Shown here: positions 51,701 through 64,000 of the stretch, piece by piece
Position numbering within the stretch: position 1 is the first letter of the stretch
How the letters are laid out: the number at the start of each line of letters is the position of its first letter
Source: Octopus bimaculoides
Taxonomy: Eukaryota
NCBI RefSeq assembly: GCF_001194135.2
Contig: NC_068983.1
Coordinates: 80,747,652 to 80,811,651 of the forward strand
Length of the DNA: 64,000 bases
Direction of reading: 5' to 3'
Made by a program: the position numbers and the translations under genes
Notes under the pieces: generated by a model
Told to the model about the DNA's origin: nothing
The model's database searches: none
Seen by the model: the letters and a program-made list of their open reading frames with translations, nothing else

Positions 51701-52591
51701 TTTCATGGAGAGTTACCTTCTTCACAAGGGAAATGAAAAGAGACTGTGCTGCAAGGAAACAAATCGAAAGTGATAGTGTGCAGCACTGAAAGATAAGAAG
51801 CTTTAAATGAAATTGCAAGACAAGAGTTATAAACAAAGTTTTTTATGGGAGGGAAGAGACAGCTGAAGGAAGGAAAACATTGAGGAAAGAAAAGCAAACA
51901 TCAATAACAGACTGAGACCTGGTGCAGCTGTCCAGCTTACCAGCTCCAGTCAAGACATCCAAGCCATGACAGCATGGAAAGCAGACGTTAAAGGATGTTT
52001 ATGATGATGATGTTGATACACACATACACACACGTATGTATACATATACATCAAGCACGTGCCATCAGTAATTATATATACACATATATATATATATACC
52101 TAATAACTGGACCTAATAACTGGACCTAATAATAAATGTGAATTTGATTTAAGCAGAAAATAATCCAAGGCTTTCATTATTCAAAAGACTATGGTTAACA
52201 TATTTGTCTATAACTAAATAAGTCTTCTACGTAATTTTGATGTGATCAATAGATATAGAGTAAAAATTTTCAAAAATATTCTGAAAGTATTTCAGAGAAA
52301 AACTTTGTAATCATTTATTTCTAATGAACACAATGGAATAGGCACACATAATCGCAAAGTACAGCTTGAAAATATATGCATTTTATAAAAGCATTTCTGA
52401 ATTATTTACAGACAACAAACCTTATTAAAAGGGGTATGTAAAAGAATGATAGAAACAGTCAAATTGGAAAAAAAATATTTTAATATGAATTAGATACAAA
52501 AAATTTTGGATCTTGTTAAAATTTCTCCCAACCACTTAACATTTTTCAGATTTCCACCTGATTATTTTCAAAATATTTTGTTTTGTTGTAG

Positions 52592-52919
52592 TCTTGGATG
52601 CTGATGATGAAAATAACATTCATTNNNNNNNNNNNNNNNNNNNNNNNNNNNNNNNNNNNNNNNNNNNNNNNNNNNNNNNNNNNNNNNNNNNNNNNNNNNN
52701 NNNNNNNNNNNNNNNNNNNNNNNNNNNNNNNNNNNNNNNNNNNNNNNNNNNNNNNNNNNNNNNNNNNNNNNNNNNNNNNNNNNNNNNNNNNNNNNNNNNN
52801 NNNNNNNNNNNNNNNNNNNNNNNNNNNNNNNNNNNNNNNNNNNNNNNNNNNNNNNNNNNNNNNNNNNNNNNNNNNNNNNNNNTTTTCATTTGCTGTTCAT
52901 CACATGTAAATTTCAAATG
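52592..52919 (+). CDS. Candidate exon spanning a 258-N gap (xLDADDENNIH...FHLLFITCKFQM)
   Basis: Strong acceptor ttttgttttgttgtag before the gap and donor ATG|gtaaga after it. The frame across the gap cannot be verified. Confidence 0.3.
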
Positions 52920-53022
52920 GTAAGAAATTGTGTTTTGACCATAGCCAGTAGCAAATATTTTAATTTGAATTAAACAAAAGAAATTTTCTATTCAAAAAGC
53001 ATGAAATAAAAGTACTTTATAG

Positions 53023-53109
53023 AAAAGTAAAGAATTAAGACAAATAACAAAATCAAAGACTATTTCAATGAATTTCCTCGAAGACTTCACTCGTATTTGG
53101 AAAAAAAGA
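53023..53109 (+). CDS. Candidate 87-nt exon (KSKELRQITKSKTISMNFLEDFTRIWKKR), phase 0 to 0
   Basis: Acceptor gtactttatag and donor AGA|gtaaat. It is in phase with the 52919 donor across a ~100-nt intron. Confidence 0.25.
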
Positions 53110-53500
53110 GTAAATGTCAGCAATTTTGTAAAATATACAGAAGTTCTTACCACAAGGAATTGTGTTTTAACCAATACCAACAGCATAAAACTTCAAAAAA
53201 GACCCCCAAGTACTCCTAGGTTAAACACAGTTTAGATTCTTGACAAAGTCAGAGTAAATGAATAAAAGAAAATGAAAGTATATTGGCTTGAAGCTGTGAC
53301 TGTGACGTCCCATAATTCAGTGTATGTTTATAAAGGAGATTTTTAAGAAATTCCTTTCTCCCTTGTAACTCATGATTTGCATTTTTGAGTACAGCTTAAT
53401 ACAATAGTAATATTAGGAATACCTCAATTAGGTGTTGTTTTTTCAGTGCTGCCTATCCAAAAGAATTTGCATCTATGTTCTTTATCCATCAGAAATATAG

Positions 53501-53567
<67 letters not shown>

Positions 53568-53861
53568 CCTACCTGTCTGTCTGTCTGTAGAGAGAGAGAG
53601 AGAGAGAAGGAGAGAGAGATAGAGAGAGACACACACACACATACACAGACAGACAGAGTGGGAGAGAAAGAAAAGAAGTTAAAAATGCACTGGGAGTATT
53701 TTACATGGTTTATTTTTAAAGGATTAATCATTACACAGATTTTTCTGATTTTCAAAAGTGAGATAGAAAGACCAAGAGAGCTATGCTACAACTGTCTTGT
53801 TTCTGATAATTCTCTTGTTTTTACAGAGAGAACAAAGTTGAAATTAGTATCTATTTAGGAT

Positions 53862-54255
53862 ACAGTTTGATTGGCAATAAGGACACAATAATGAAATCGC
53901 CATTGGCTTCAACCACAACCTCCAGACGACTTTGGAATCTCCTGCAACTGTTCTGGATGGTCCCCTTGTTTAAGTTGGTGAATCCTGCCATAACCCTTAC
54001 CTTCAATTCAGTTTTGGTGTTACAAGGAGTTTTGTTGGTCTCTTATTCAACTGTGCTCCAAACATGATAATCATGGGGGTTGCAGTCTGGCAACTTAGTC
54101 CACTTCAGAAGTTGTAAAAGACAAACGAATGCTAGTGGAAAGCTACAATTTACAATGTGACATGTAGAAACATGTATGATTATACCTGCATAAGTTCTGT
54201 TTCCTGCAATAGTTGGAAGTGGGTCAGGGGAAATCTTTAATGAACACACCTTGTA
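53862..54255 (-). mobile_element. Internally deleted Tc1/mariner-superfamily element (transposase C-terminus)
   Basis: Minus strand reads PDCNPxDYHVWSTVE*ETNKTPCNTKTELKVRV...FTNLNK.TIQNSCRRFQSRLEVVVEANGDFI. A TIR-like 5' end TA-caaggtgtgttcattaaa is at 54255. Confidence 0.8.
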
Positions 54256-54349
54256 TATAGTTGTTAAGAGAATGAATGTATTATTATAGATCCACTATCC
54301 CACTGCCTAACAAGAATTCTGGCAAGTTTGTATGGGAGGTCAAGTTTTC

Positions 54350-55000
54350 TGCAGCACTATGTGCCATTAGTCAATATAGTTCTCTGTCAGATGTAAGATT
54401 TGCAGATAATTTTTTCCCCACCTCATCCCAAATCTTCATCCATTTTCTTTCATCTGTCTTCCGCTTCTGTTTGATCACTTGGCACTTGCTTATGCTATTG
54501 ACAACCTTCATCTACTTCACATGCCTCTGCTATTGCAATCTCCTCTCTTGCACATTACATCTGATTCCACTTCTATGCAGTTTGTGTCTCAGCTCTTTCA
54601 TACTTTGCCATTCACATATACTAGCATGACACATTCAGTAAAGTGTGACCACCTCATTTCATTCTGGTTATTGCAGATCCCCATTATTTAAGACCCATGT
54701 CTCACTGTGACACAGTAAAGTACTTTGCTCACAAGCATCACACAATCTGTCTTTGACCTTGACAAAGAAGCTTTTATTGCCAGCAGAGGTGATACATCCC
54801 TGAATATTTTTTTCAATTGTTCCACACTTTCAAAACATCAATCCACACTGTTAATTTGGATATCTAGGTAGTAAAAGCAATCAACTGATTCTAGGGAGCC
54901 ATCCAGGACATTTGAAAGAATGCATTCCCAGAGCTTACTGTCCTAGTGCATCTGCTGCATATGAAATATGTCTGTGCTCTCAATACACACTTTTTTATGT
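54350..55000 (-). mobile_element. Older RTE 3' fragment related to 28895-29725
   Basis: The minus strand ends ...gaagatttgggatgaggtgg...atcttacatctgacagag...atggcacatagtgc, parallel to gaagacatgggatgaggtg...ggcctcacagagg of the younger copy. Confidence 0.6.
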
Positions 55001-55178
55001 GTCCATTCTTTATATTAAGCACAACTTATGGGATTTGAACTAACTCCTTTTCTGCAGATAGAGCAAAACCTTTTCCCAGATGCTATAACAATCCTATCTT
55101 CTTTCCTGTTCACTAAAAGAAAAACTATTGTTACTATTAAATCTTCTTTAAAACTCTCTTACACATGCACACATACAT

Positions 55179-55237
<59 letters not shown>

Positions 55238-55276
55238 CACACATGTGTGTATATTCATATTAATATTCTTATTAGA

Positions 55277-55385
55277 ATTTAGCAGAAGCAACAGAGTGAC
55301 TCAAGGTCTGAAAGTTTCATGTGTTGATACTTATCAAACACATGAAACTTACAGCTCTTGAGTCACTTTGTTGCTTTTGCTAAAT
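55277..55385. repeat. 109-bp imperfect hairpin (short palindromic MITE or pre-miRNA-sized stem)
   Basis: The ~54-nt arms atttagcagaagcaacagagtgactcaag... and ...cttgagtcactttgttgcttttgctaaat have about 5 substitutions and 1 indel, with a 2-nt loop. Confidence 0.85.
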
Positions 55386-55482
55386 ATTATTAAAAATATA
55401 CATATACTCGTATTTTGAGTTCTATTTTTCCTGTTTGCATCATCCTACCTGTATATGAATGTATATATAAATCTCTGTATAG

Positions 55483-55645
55483 AGTGGTTGGCGTTAGGAA
55501 GGGCATCCAGCTGTAGAAACTCGGCCAAATCAGATTGGAGCCTGGTGTAGCCATCCGGTTTCACCAGTCCTCAGTCAAATCATCCAACTCATGCCAGCAT
55601 GGAAAGCGGACGTTAAACGATGATGATGATGATGATGATGATATA
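55483..55645 (+). mobile_element. (GAT)n-tailed short repeat (LINE-tail/SINE); other copies ~30715, 35760, 39670, 41655, 47940, 51905, 62570
   Basis: gtggttggcgttaggaagggcatccagctgtagaaac...catgccagcatggaaagcggacgttaaacgatgatgat. Confidence 0.85.
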
Positions 55646-55646
55646 C

Positions 55647-55689
<43 letters not shown>

Positions 55690-56844
55690 ACATCAAAAGC
55701 TGCACCAAAAGGCATGACAACTTGCCAGATGGTATGAGCATTATTGTAGATCTGTTCTGCCCTCAACTCCTATCTCTAATGTAGTTAGACATTATAGCTC
55801 CAGAAAAATTAGAATGTGGAGTTCATGCACTGCGTATATAAAGGGAACACAGAAATTGTAGTTTGCATTAATGCTTTTTATAATGTTTCATGAAATTGGC
55901 AGAATCAATTATGTGAACATAAAACTCAGTTACATGAGCAAATGCTGCCAGTCTCATTCATTGCGATAATATAAACATACATACATACATGTGTGCATAA
56001 TCTTGTGTATACACATCTGTGTCTGCATATATATANNNNNNNNNNNNNNNNNNNNNNNNNNNNNNNNNNNNNNNNNNNNNNNNNNNNNNNNNNNNNNNNN
56101 NNNNNNNNNNNNNNNNNNNNNNNNNNNNNNNNNNNNNNNNNNNNNNNNNNNNNNNNNNNNNNNNNNNNNNNNNNNNNNNNNNNNNNNNNNNNNNNNNNNN
56201 NNNNNNNNNNNNNNNNNNNNNNNNNNNNNNNNNNNNNNNNNNNNNNNNNNNNNNNNNNNNNNNNNNNNNNNNNNNNNNNNNNNNNNNNNNNNNNNNNNNN
56301 NNNNNNNNNNNNNNNNNNNNNNNNNNNNNNNNNNNNNNNNNNNNNNNNNNNNNNNNNNNNNNNNNNNNNNNNNNNNNNNNNNNNNNNNNNNNNNNNNNNN
56401 NNNNNNNNNNNNNNNNNNNNNNNNNNNNNNNNNNNNNNNNNNNNNNNNNNNNNNNNNNNNNNNNNNNNNNNNNNNNNNNNNNNNNNNNNNNNNNNNNNNN
56501 NNNNNNNNNNNNNNNNNNNNNNNNNNNNNNNNNNNNNNNNNNNNNNNNNNNNNNNNNNNNNNNNNNNNNNNNNNNNNNNNNNNNNNNNNNNNNNNNNNNN
56601 NNNNNNNNNNNNNNNNNNNNNNNNNNNNNNNNNNNNNNNNNNNNNNNNNNNNNNNNNNNNNNNNNNNNNNNNNNNNNNNNNNNNNNNNNNNNNNNNNNNN
56701 NNNNNNNNNNNNNNNNNNNNNNNNNNNNNNNNNNNNNNNNNNNNNNNNNNNNNNNNNNNNNNNNNNNNNNNNNNNNNNNNNNNNNNNNNNNNNNNNNNNN
56801 NNNNNNNNNNNNNNNNNNNNNNNNNNNNNNNNNNNNNNNNNNNN

Positions 56845-56920
<76 letters not shown>

Positions 56921-56935
56921 CGACGACGACGACGA

Positions 56936-56969
<34 letters not shown>
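56845..56969. repeat. (ATG)n switching to (ACG)n compound microsatellite
   Basis: Direct inspection. It produces the poly-D/M/S spurious ORFs. Confidence 0.95.
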
Positions 56970-59160
56970 ATAATTTGCTAATAAATGTTAATGCTCTTCA
57001 TCAACAGCATCTTTACTGAATTTTCTAAAGTCCTAGATTTTCAAAGTAAGTCAAAGAAAGCAATCTTTCAGTTGCCCAAATTCAAGTTTATGAACGAGTT
57101 TCTTTCCAAGGGAAATATCCCTATAGAAATGGATTGTTCAGTCAAACATTGAGAATATATTTTTGCTGGTCTCTAGTATACTTTTTTAATAAAAGAATTA
57201 GCATACATTTTTGTCTATTTTTTTTTTCTTTTTAAATTACAAACTAAGATTTATTGTTACCTTTCAAATAAGCATTTCAGGATCTTTGCTGTTGTTCAAG
57301 TTGTTAATATAATTGAATATATTCAATATTCATATAAATCAGAGAGAGAGAGTTAATGTGAAATCATTATGAACATGATGATGACAGTCATCATCACCAC
57401 CAATTCCATGACCATTACCACTATTACACATCAGAATTAACATCGTCATCACCATTATCATCACCATCATCATCATCATCATCGTCATCAACATCATCAT
57501 CATTATTATTACCCAACCCAACCTTCATAACCATTAACATCATCACCATTATTGTTACCTTCACCATCATCCCCACATCAAAATTAAATCACCACCAACC
57601 ACCACCAACACCACCACCACCACCACCACCACCGCCACTGCNNNNNNNNNNNNNNNNNNNNNNNNNNNNNNNNNNNNNNNNNNNNNNNNNNNNNNNNNNN
57701 NNNNNNCCACTGCCACCACCACCAGCTGCAGCAGCAGTAGAAGTAGCAGCAGTAGCAGCCACAGCAGCATTATTTTATTTTATTATTTTTTTAATATATA
57801 TTGAAAGTCTAATGATATAATGTCTGACATCGTTTGAAAGGCTATGCAAAACAACTATTGCATATGCCCATAATGAATTAATTTATTTTTTCAAAGGAAT
57901 TTCAGCATAAAGCATTCTGATCAATATTTTCAATTGTTCAGTTGATAGCATGATATATTATTAGATTAGGATTATATTTAATAACATAGTGGTTGCCTTC
58001 AAGTTCTGCATCACTCAGCTTGCTTATTCACTCTCTACGGTATTCCAGCTGTTCTCCTCCCTGTCAGCCCTATTTCTCTGCTTCATGCAAAGATGCCAAT
58101 AACTTCCTTATATTGAAAATCAAAAGCGACACTTACCAAAACCTGTATGCTGCTGACTTTTATATTTCTGAATTTAGAATGGTAATAAACAAATAATTTA
58201 TTATTATTTTTTTTTTAAAGATATTTATCTAAAAGAAATAAAATAAAAGAAAAGAAGGAGCTACTGAAGAAAGTTAGGCAAGTATTTAGAAGCATGTTGT
58301 AGTATTTGAACTACTGATCTTTTATTTTATATTAAATTCATCATCAAGGCACATAATGCAATCAGCCAACTATCAGTTTTTTTTTTACTGTCTGCTGTGA
58401 GCCAATGAGAGAGCCTCAATGTGGTTGCTCAGCCAGCTAGAAACAGACAGCATCTTTTTCTCTCAACTCAATTTCTATAGTCTTAAATAAAGGATGCTTA
58501 AGATAATGGCATACTCAACGATGGATTGAACATGGTTAGAAAGTCTTTGATCATAAGTCTCATCAATCAGTACTGACCTGATGGCTAAACATCATAATAA
58601 TCATTCTTTACATGATTGCAAAAACAGATTTCATTATATATCTAATGTCTTTTCCATTCCAAGATGATGGTGTACATTTTGATGGAGATTTGGCTACAAT
58701 TGTTAGCATGACAAGTGATGTACATGTTCTCTTATTGGTTTGTTAAATGTATGTTTGTTGTAGTTGAACTAGAAGTTATTTAATAAAAGGTACACTGACT
58801 GTGAGGTTAAAATGTTCTCACTACTGGATACATGGCTGTAAGTTCAAACTTTAATCTTTATATTGTATCCTTAAACAAGGTGAGTAATGTCTCAATCTGC
58901 ATCAGTTATATTATTGCACTTCAATGATAAAATGTATCACATTATGTTGTTCGTCATCAAGCAATAAAAGAATATTTTGGTCCATCAATCAAAAGAAGCT
59001 ATTCCACCCATGTTAAAATGAAGAAAATGGGCATTTAGCAGCAAGTTGCCAAGGAAGAAAACATTAAAATTGTTATTATCATTAACAATCTAAATTTGTA
59101 ACAATCTAAAATTGATCACCTCAGGTTCCACTCAAATATTTGGTTTTACAGCTGGTGGTA

Positions 59161-59555
59161 CTGTTGTTGTTGTTGTTGGCACTCCATCGCTTACGACATC
59201 GAGGGTTTCAGTTGATCCGATCAATGGAACAGCCTGCTCGTGAAATTAACGTGCAAGTGGCTGAGCACTCCACCGACACGTGTACCCTTAACGTAGTTCT
59301 CGGGGAGATTCAGCGTGACACAGTGTGACAAAGGCTGACCCTTTGAATTACAGGCACAACAGAAACAGGAAGTAAGAGTGAGAGAAAGTTGTGGTGAAAG
59401 AGTACAGCAGGGTTCACCACCATCCCCTGCTGGAGCCTCGTGGAGCTTTAGGTGCTTTCACTCAATAAACACTCACAACGCCTGGTCTGGGATCGAATCC
59501 ACGATCCTATGACCCCGAATCCGCTGCCCTAACCACTGGGCCATTGTGCCTCCAC
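59161..59555 (-). mobile_element. Full-length (CAA)n-tailed tRNA-SINE with 13-bp TSD
   Basis: Flanked by acagctggtggta at 59148-59160 and 59556-59568. The tRNA-like head carries A/B-box-like motifs. Confidence 0.92.
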
Positions 59556-60750
59556 ACAGCTGGTGGTATTATGGGGAAGCTAAACACTGGTTGTTGTACT
59601 TCTGTTTCTCCATTGTTAGTCTTTCTCTCTTTGCTGTTAAACCAAGAGACTTCTATTTTTAAATTTTCAAAAATCTTTTATTCAGAAGAGGTTAGAGCTC
59701 ATGATCTGTTACTGAGCCTTTGAGCCTGCTGAAAAGGAAAACGGCACCATTAGACTGAGGACCTGGTTCAATGTCTTGAAACAGAATGAACTCTGCTAAA
59801 GGTACCCAAGGGCCAGGTAATGATGTTAAACTGAACAATAGATTATGTCAATCAACCAAGAAGATATTGTAAAGGAGAGAAAGTATAATTTAAATAACCT
59901 AGAAAAAATAAATATTGTTTATTTTGCTTCCATAATATCTTTAAATCTTCTCCAGACTAATGCCTGAGTTGGCAGTCATTTAAATAAATATCCTTTTGAG
60001 CCCTACATGGTTGCTTGACCTGCAAGAAATAACAATCAAAACTCCTTTATTTCATGTCTTACTCTCTTAGAAAAGAAAGATACATCAGACAAAGTGATTC
60101 TGAATGCATGATGGAATGGGCAATACAGAATGAACACTACCTGAATGTTATTAATCATAGGTTTACTTGATGAAAGTCAGTTTCATGCTAAACTATGACA
60201 ACTTGCATTATCTATATTTCAAGAGCTTACTTTCAAAATCAGATATATGCATCGGAATGACTTTTGAGTAATTGTTTAAAACAACAACTTGGATATATCT
60301 GATTTTGATTGGAAGACTAAGATTCGCCTATTGTCTCAATGGCATCTATCCCAGTTTGACTGAAAAAAATTTCATGTGCATGAAGCAGCAACTTGCAGAT
60401 TGTGTTTTAATGGTTATTATGAAATCAACCAAATATGCACTTATACCGGTTTTGAAAGTAAGCTCCTCATTTAATGTCCTTAATGTGTACATGATTATTC
60501 TTTATTAATCAGAGAAATAAAGTGAGTACTATTTTATGTCTTACTCGTTCCAGTCATTGGACTGCAGCCATGCTGGTGCACTGCCTTGAAAAATTTTAGT
60601 TGAATGAATTTACCCCAGTATGTTCTTCTTTCTTTTCAAGCCTGATATTTATTTTATCTGTCCCTTTTGCTGATCTGCTAAGTTTGGGGTACATAATCAT
60701 ACTAACACTGGTTAGGAGATAAACACAGACACAAAGACACATGCATGCTA

Positions 60751-61867
60751 TCAGGTCATCCCATAAGTTCTGTTCGAATTTTGAATAAAGAAAACAAGTG
60801 ATCAAATGTTGTGTTTAATTGAAATTTAATCATCAATGTACTTTCCCTGATTATCTATGACTTCCTTCCATCTATTTACAAGCTTTTTAATCCCATCGAT
60901 GTAAAACTCTTTTGGTTTCAAAGCGAAGAACTCTGAAATGTCAGTTTCGACCTCCTCCTAGCTTGCGAAAGTTATGTCCCCCCAAATGATTCCATAAACT
61001 ACAAAACAAATGGTAGTCTGAAGGAACAAGGTTGGGAGAATAAGGTGGATGAGGAATTTTTTCCCAACCAAGCTCTTCGATCTTCCATGATGTGATCTTT
61101 GCAGTGTGGTGTTGTGCATTGTCCTGATGAAACATCACTCCTTTTCAATTCACTAAAGCAGGTCTTTTTTTCTTCAAAGCTTGGTTCAAACGCTCTAATT
61201 GCTGACAGTAGACTTGAGCATTAATTGTTGCATTAGGTGGTAACAATTCAAAGTAAATTACTCCTTTTCAATCCCACCAGATAGAGAGAAGAACCTTTTT
61301 CCATGAAGTTCCCTTTTCAGTTGTGGTTGAGCTTTTCTCTTTTACCAAGCCACTGTTTATGACGTTTAACATTTCGATAAAAGATCCATTTTTTGTCACC
61401 AGTCACAAGTCTATCTAAAAAGGGTGAAATGAATTCGCGAATATTCTTCAAGTAATGCCTCAAGGAGCTTATCATCAAACTCAACTGGACGTCCTGTTCG
61501 ATCTTCATCTTCAAGGCTGAAACCTACACTTCTGAATTTCACAAACCATCTTCTGCAAGTTCTTTCATTCAAGCATTCTTTCCCATAAACTGAGTGTATA
61601 TTTCAAGTCGCTTTGGCTGCAGATTTTCCATGTTTGTACTCATAAAGCATTATGTGCCTCAAATGCTCTTTGGATACTTCTATGTTAGAAAGGGTTTTAA
61701 TCAAAGAAATTTTAATTCTATTATTCTGTAAAATAATATTTAATTTGTTTAAATGTACACAAATGCATAAAAATAATTTTTAATTCCATTAGACATTCTA
61801 AAATACTATTAAATTCCATTCAATTTTAAAAAAGGTAAAATTGGACAGAACTTATGGGATAACCTGA
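60751..61867 (-). mobile_element. mariner (DD34D) transposon, complete ends, defective transposase
   Basis: TIRs are tcaggtcatcccataagttctg and its complement cagaacttatgggataacctga, each with a TA TSD. Motifs FLDRLVTGDKKWIFY, FHQDNA and HPPYSPNLVPSDYHLF are present. Length is 1117 bp, with frameshifts. Confidence 0.93.
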
Positions 61868-61896
61868 TACTTATTTATTCCTTCCCACACGTCCCT

Positions 61897-62215
61897 GTGG
61901 AGGCACATGGTCTAGTGGTTAGAGCAGTGGACTTGCGGTTTAGGGATCACGGGTTCAAATCTCAGACCAGGTGACATGTGTGTTTATGAGTAAAACACCT
62001 AAGCTCCATGTGGCTCTGGCAGAAGGTAATGGTGAACTTCTGCTGACTCTTTGACCACAATTTTCTCTCATTCTTCTTTCCTCCTGCATCTAGCAGTTCA
62101 CTTGCAAGGGACCAGTCTCCCATCCAGGCAGGGAACCTATGTACCAATGAAACTGGGAAACTGGCCCTCGTGGACCAGGCATGGCATGAGAAAGAACAAA
62201 CAACAATAACACGTA
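61897..62215 (+). mobile_element. Variant of the tRNA-SINE (shared head, different 3' half)
   Basis: The head gtggaggcacatggtctagtggttagagcagtggacttgcgg...ggttcaaatctcagacc...aaaacacctaaagctcc matches 59161-59555, then the sequence diverges. Confidence 0.75.
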
Positions 62216-62934
62216 CCTGGTGACTGGTGAGAGAAAGAGAAGGAGACGTCTACAAACTAGAGATTCAGCTTGAATGGCCACAACAGAGTGAACTCTAATA
62301 AAGCAACTCCAGGGCTAGGTTGTAGTGTTAAGTCTGTTGACAGAAGACACATTAACTCTGCCATCCAAGAACTCAGAATACAATGAGTCGGAATAAATAC
62401 TATAAGGTGTCTAACAATTTTGGCAATCCACTGCCCTGGATTGGTATTTTATCATATTGACCGTGAAAAGGTGCAATGTAAAGTTGGCTCAGTTTAAGTC
62501 GAACTCAGAGTACTCGAAGCCAGAACAAATTTAATGTTACTGATAACTTTAAGTAATACATCATCATCATCATCATCACCATTTAACGTCTGTTGTCCAT
62601 GCTGGCATGGGTCAGACAGTTTGACTGGGCTGGCCACGCCAGGCTCCAGTCTGATTTGGCATGGTTTTCTATGGCTGGATGCCCTTCCTAGTGCCAACCA
62701 CTCCAAGAGTGTAATGGGTGCTTTTACATATCACTGGCATGGGTACCATTTGCATGATACTGGTATCTGCTACGACTGCAATTTTGCTCAGCTTGATGGG
62801 TCATCTCAAGCATGACATAATGCCAAAGGTCTTGGTCATTGCCTCCGTAAAGCCTAACACTCGAAAGGAACTCGACCACTTTGCTTCCATGAGGCCCAGT
62901 GCTCGAAAGGAACTCAGCCACTCTGCCTCAATAA

Positions 62935-63140
62935 AGGTGGCGAGCTGGGAGAATCATTAGCCCGCTGGGCAAAGTGCTTAATGACATTTTGTTTGTCTTT
63001 GTTCTGAGTTCAAATTTCACCAAGGCCAATTTTGCCTTCCATCCTTTGGGGTTCATGAAATAAGTACCAGTTAAGCACTGGGTTCAATGTAACTGACTTA
63101 CTCCTCCTCCAAAATTGCTGGCCTTGTGCCAAAATTTGAA
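62935..63140 (+). mobile_element. Meta-domain-like SINE
   Basis: aggtggcgagctgggagaatc...gttcaaatttcaccaaggcc...gccttccatcctttggggtt...aagtaccag. Confidence 0.8.
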
Positions 63141-63484
63141 TTCAATATACGTGCTAATGTCGAATTTCCATAATGTATATATTTTAGTAGCCTCGTTGTG
63201 CAATCTCAGGTTTTATAGCTTTATAGTTTGTTTTAGATATCACAAACAAGGCTATACAGAAAAACAACTTCCATATGAATTGAAAGTGAAAGTTCTGTAT
63301 TTTACTTGAAACATTGTAATTAAACAGATAATGAGAAAAAAAGAAACAATTTGATTCACCACACAGTATATTTATTAAGCAAGTGTCTTCTACTATAGTT
63401 CTGGGTTGATCAATACATTATTGTTGGTAGATGGAAAGTGTTCAGAAGCCTGTCATATATATGTAGGCCTCTCCCTCCCTCTCA

Positions 63485-63523
<39 letters not shown>

Positions 63524-64000
63524 CCTCTCTCTCTCTTTCTCTACAGCAAGAGTGTCTTGTGGAGGAAACTGGGTGAAGACCCAGCTGTACATATATATAT
63601 ATATAGATAGATAGGGTGATAAATTGAATATTAATTCAATTTAAAACCTAGCATATAAAAAATCTGAAAATTCAGAAAAAATTGTATTATACGTGTATAA
63701 GGGATGACCACTAGGTGGACATCCAATATGCTATAAAGAGGTCATCGACACACACACACACTGATAGTGATGACTGCAAAGAAAGATTACTCTATACCTG
63801 AAGTGTTATTAGCTTGGCCAGAATCATACACTGTGTGGTACACGCCACAAAATTTATCTCGATCATTCAGCTTGCAATCTTTGAGATAGAAGCAGTCCGA
63901 ATTGGCAGTTTTCAAATGATGCACCATGGATATAAAAAGCATATAACATATATATATATATAAAAGATAAACAAGAGTGAAAAAACTACAGAGGGCTTGT

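Noticed and set aside
52099-52132. 13-bp tandem cctaataactgga x2.5
   Set aside because: It is a simple local slippage duplication, like others at ~20455 and ~36210, with no sign of function.
60941-61514. Possible SETMAR-like domesticated gene
   Set aside because: It is bounded by TIRs and TA TSDs, carries frameshifts and a deletion, and has no SET domain. It is a dead mariner.

Overview
This is AT-rich eukaryotic (animal) genomic DNA with about 3.5 kb of assembly gaps in 11 N-runs, most of them next to microsatellites. It contains no prokaryote-type system, CRISPR array, rRNA or true tRNA gene, and no long intact ORF. The window is a graveyard of mobile elements. DNA-transposon remnants include two Helitron helicase pieces, two hAT transposases, a TIR-bounded mariner and Tc1/mariner fragments. 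Retroelement remnants include at least eight RTE-clade LINE fragments, Penelope-like ends and several tRNA-derived SINE families. MITEs and foldback elements are also present. The SINE repertoire resembles that of Octopus, which is an inference from memory and not from a database search. The unique stretches look intronic and hold several short splice-site-bounded open frames on both strands. These may be exons of one or two unidentified host genes (low confidence). The most striking structure is a minimal type I hammerhead-ribozyme fold at 4639-4697, which lies in one arm of a near-perfect 61-bp inverted repeat, with decayed relatives elsewhere. Also notable are a 252-bp composite element carrying a captured piece of a Tc1/mariner catalytic domain and two long foldback hairpins. 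All alignments were done by eye.
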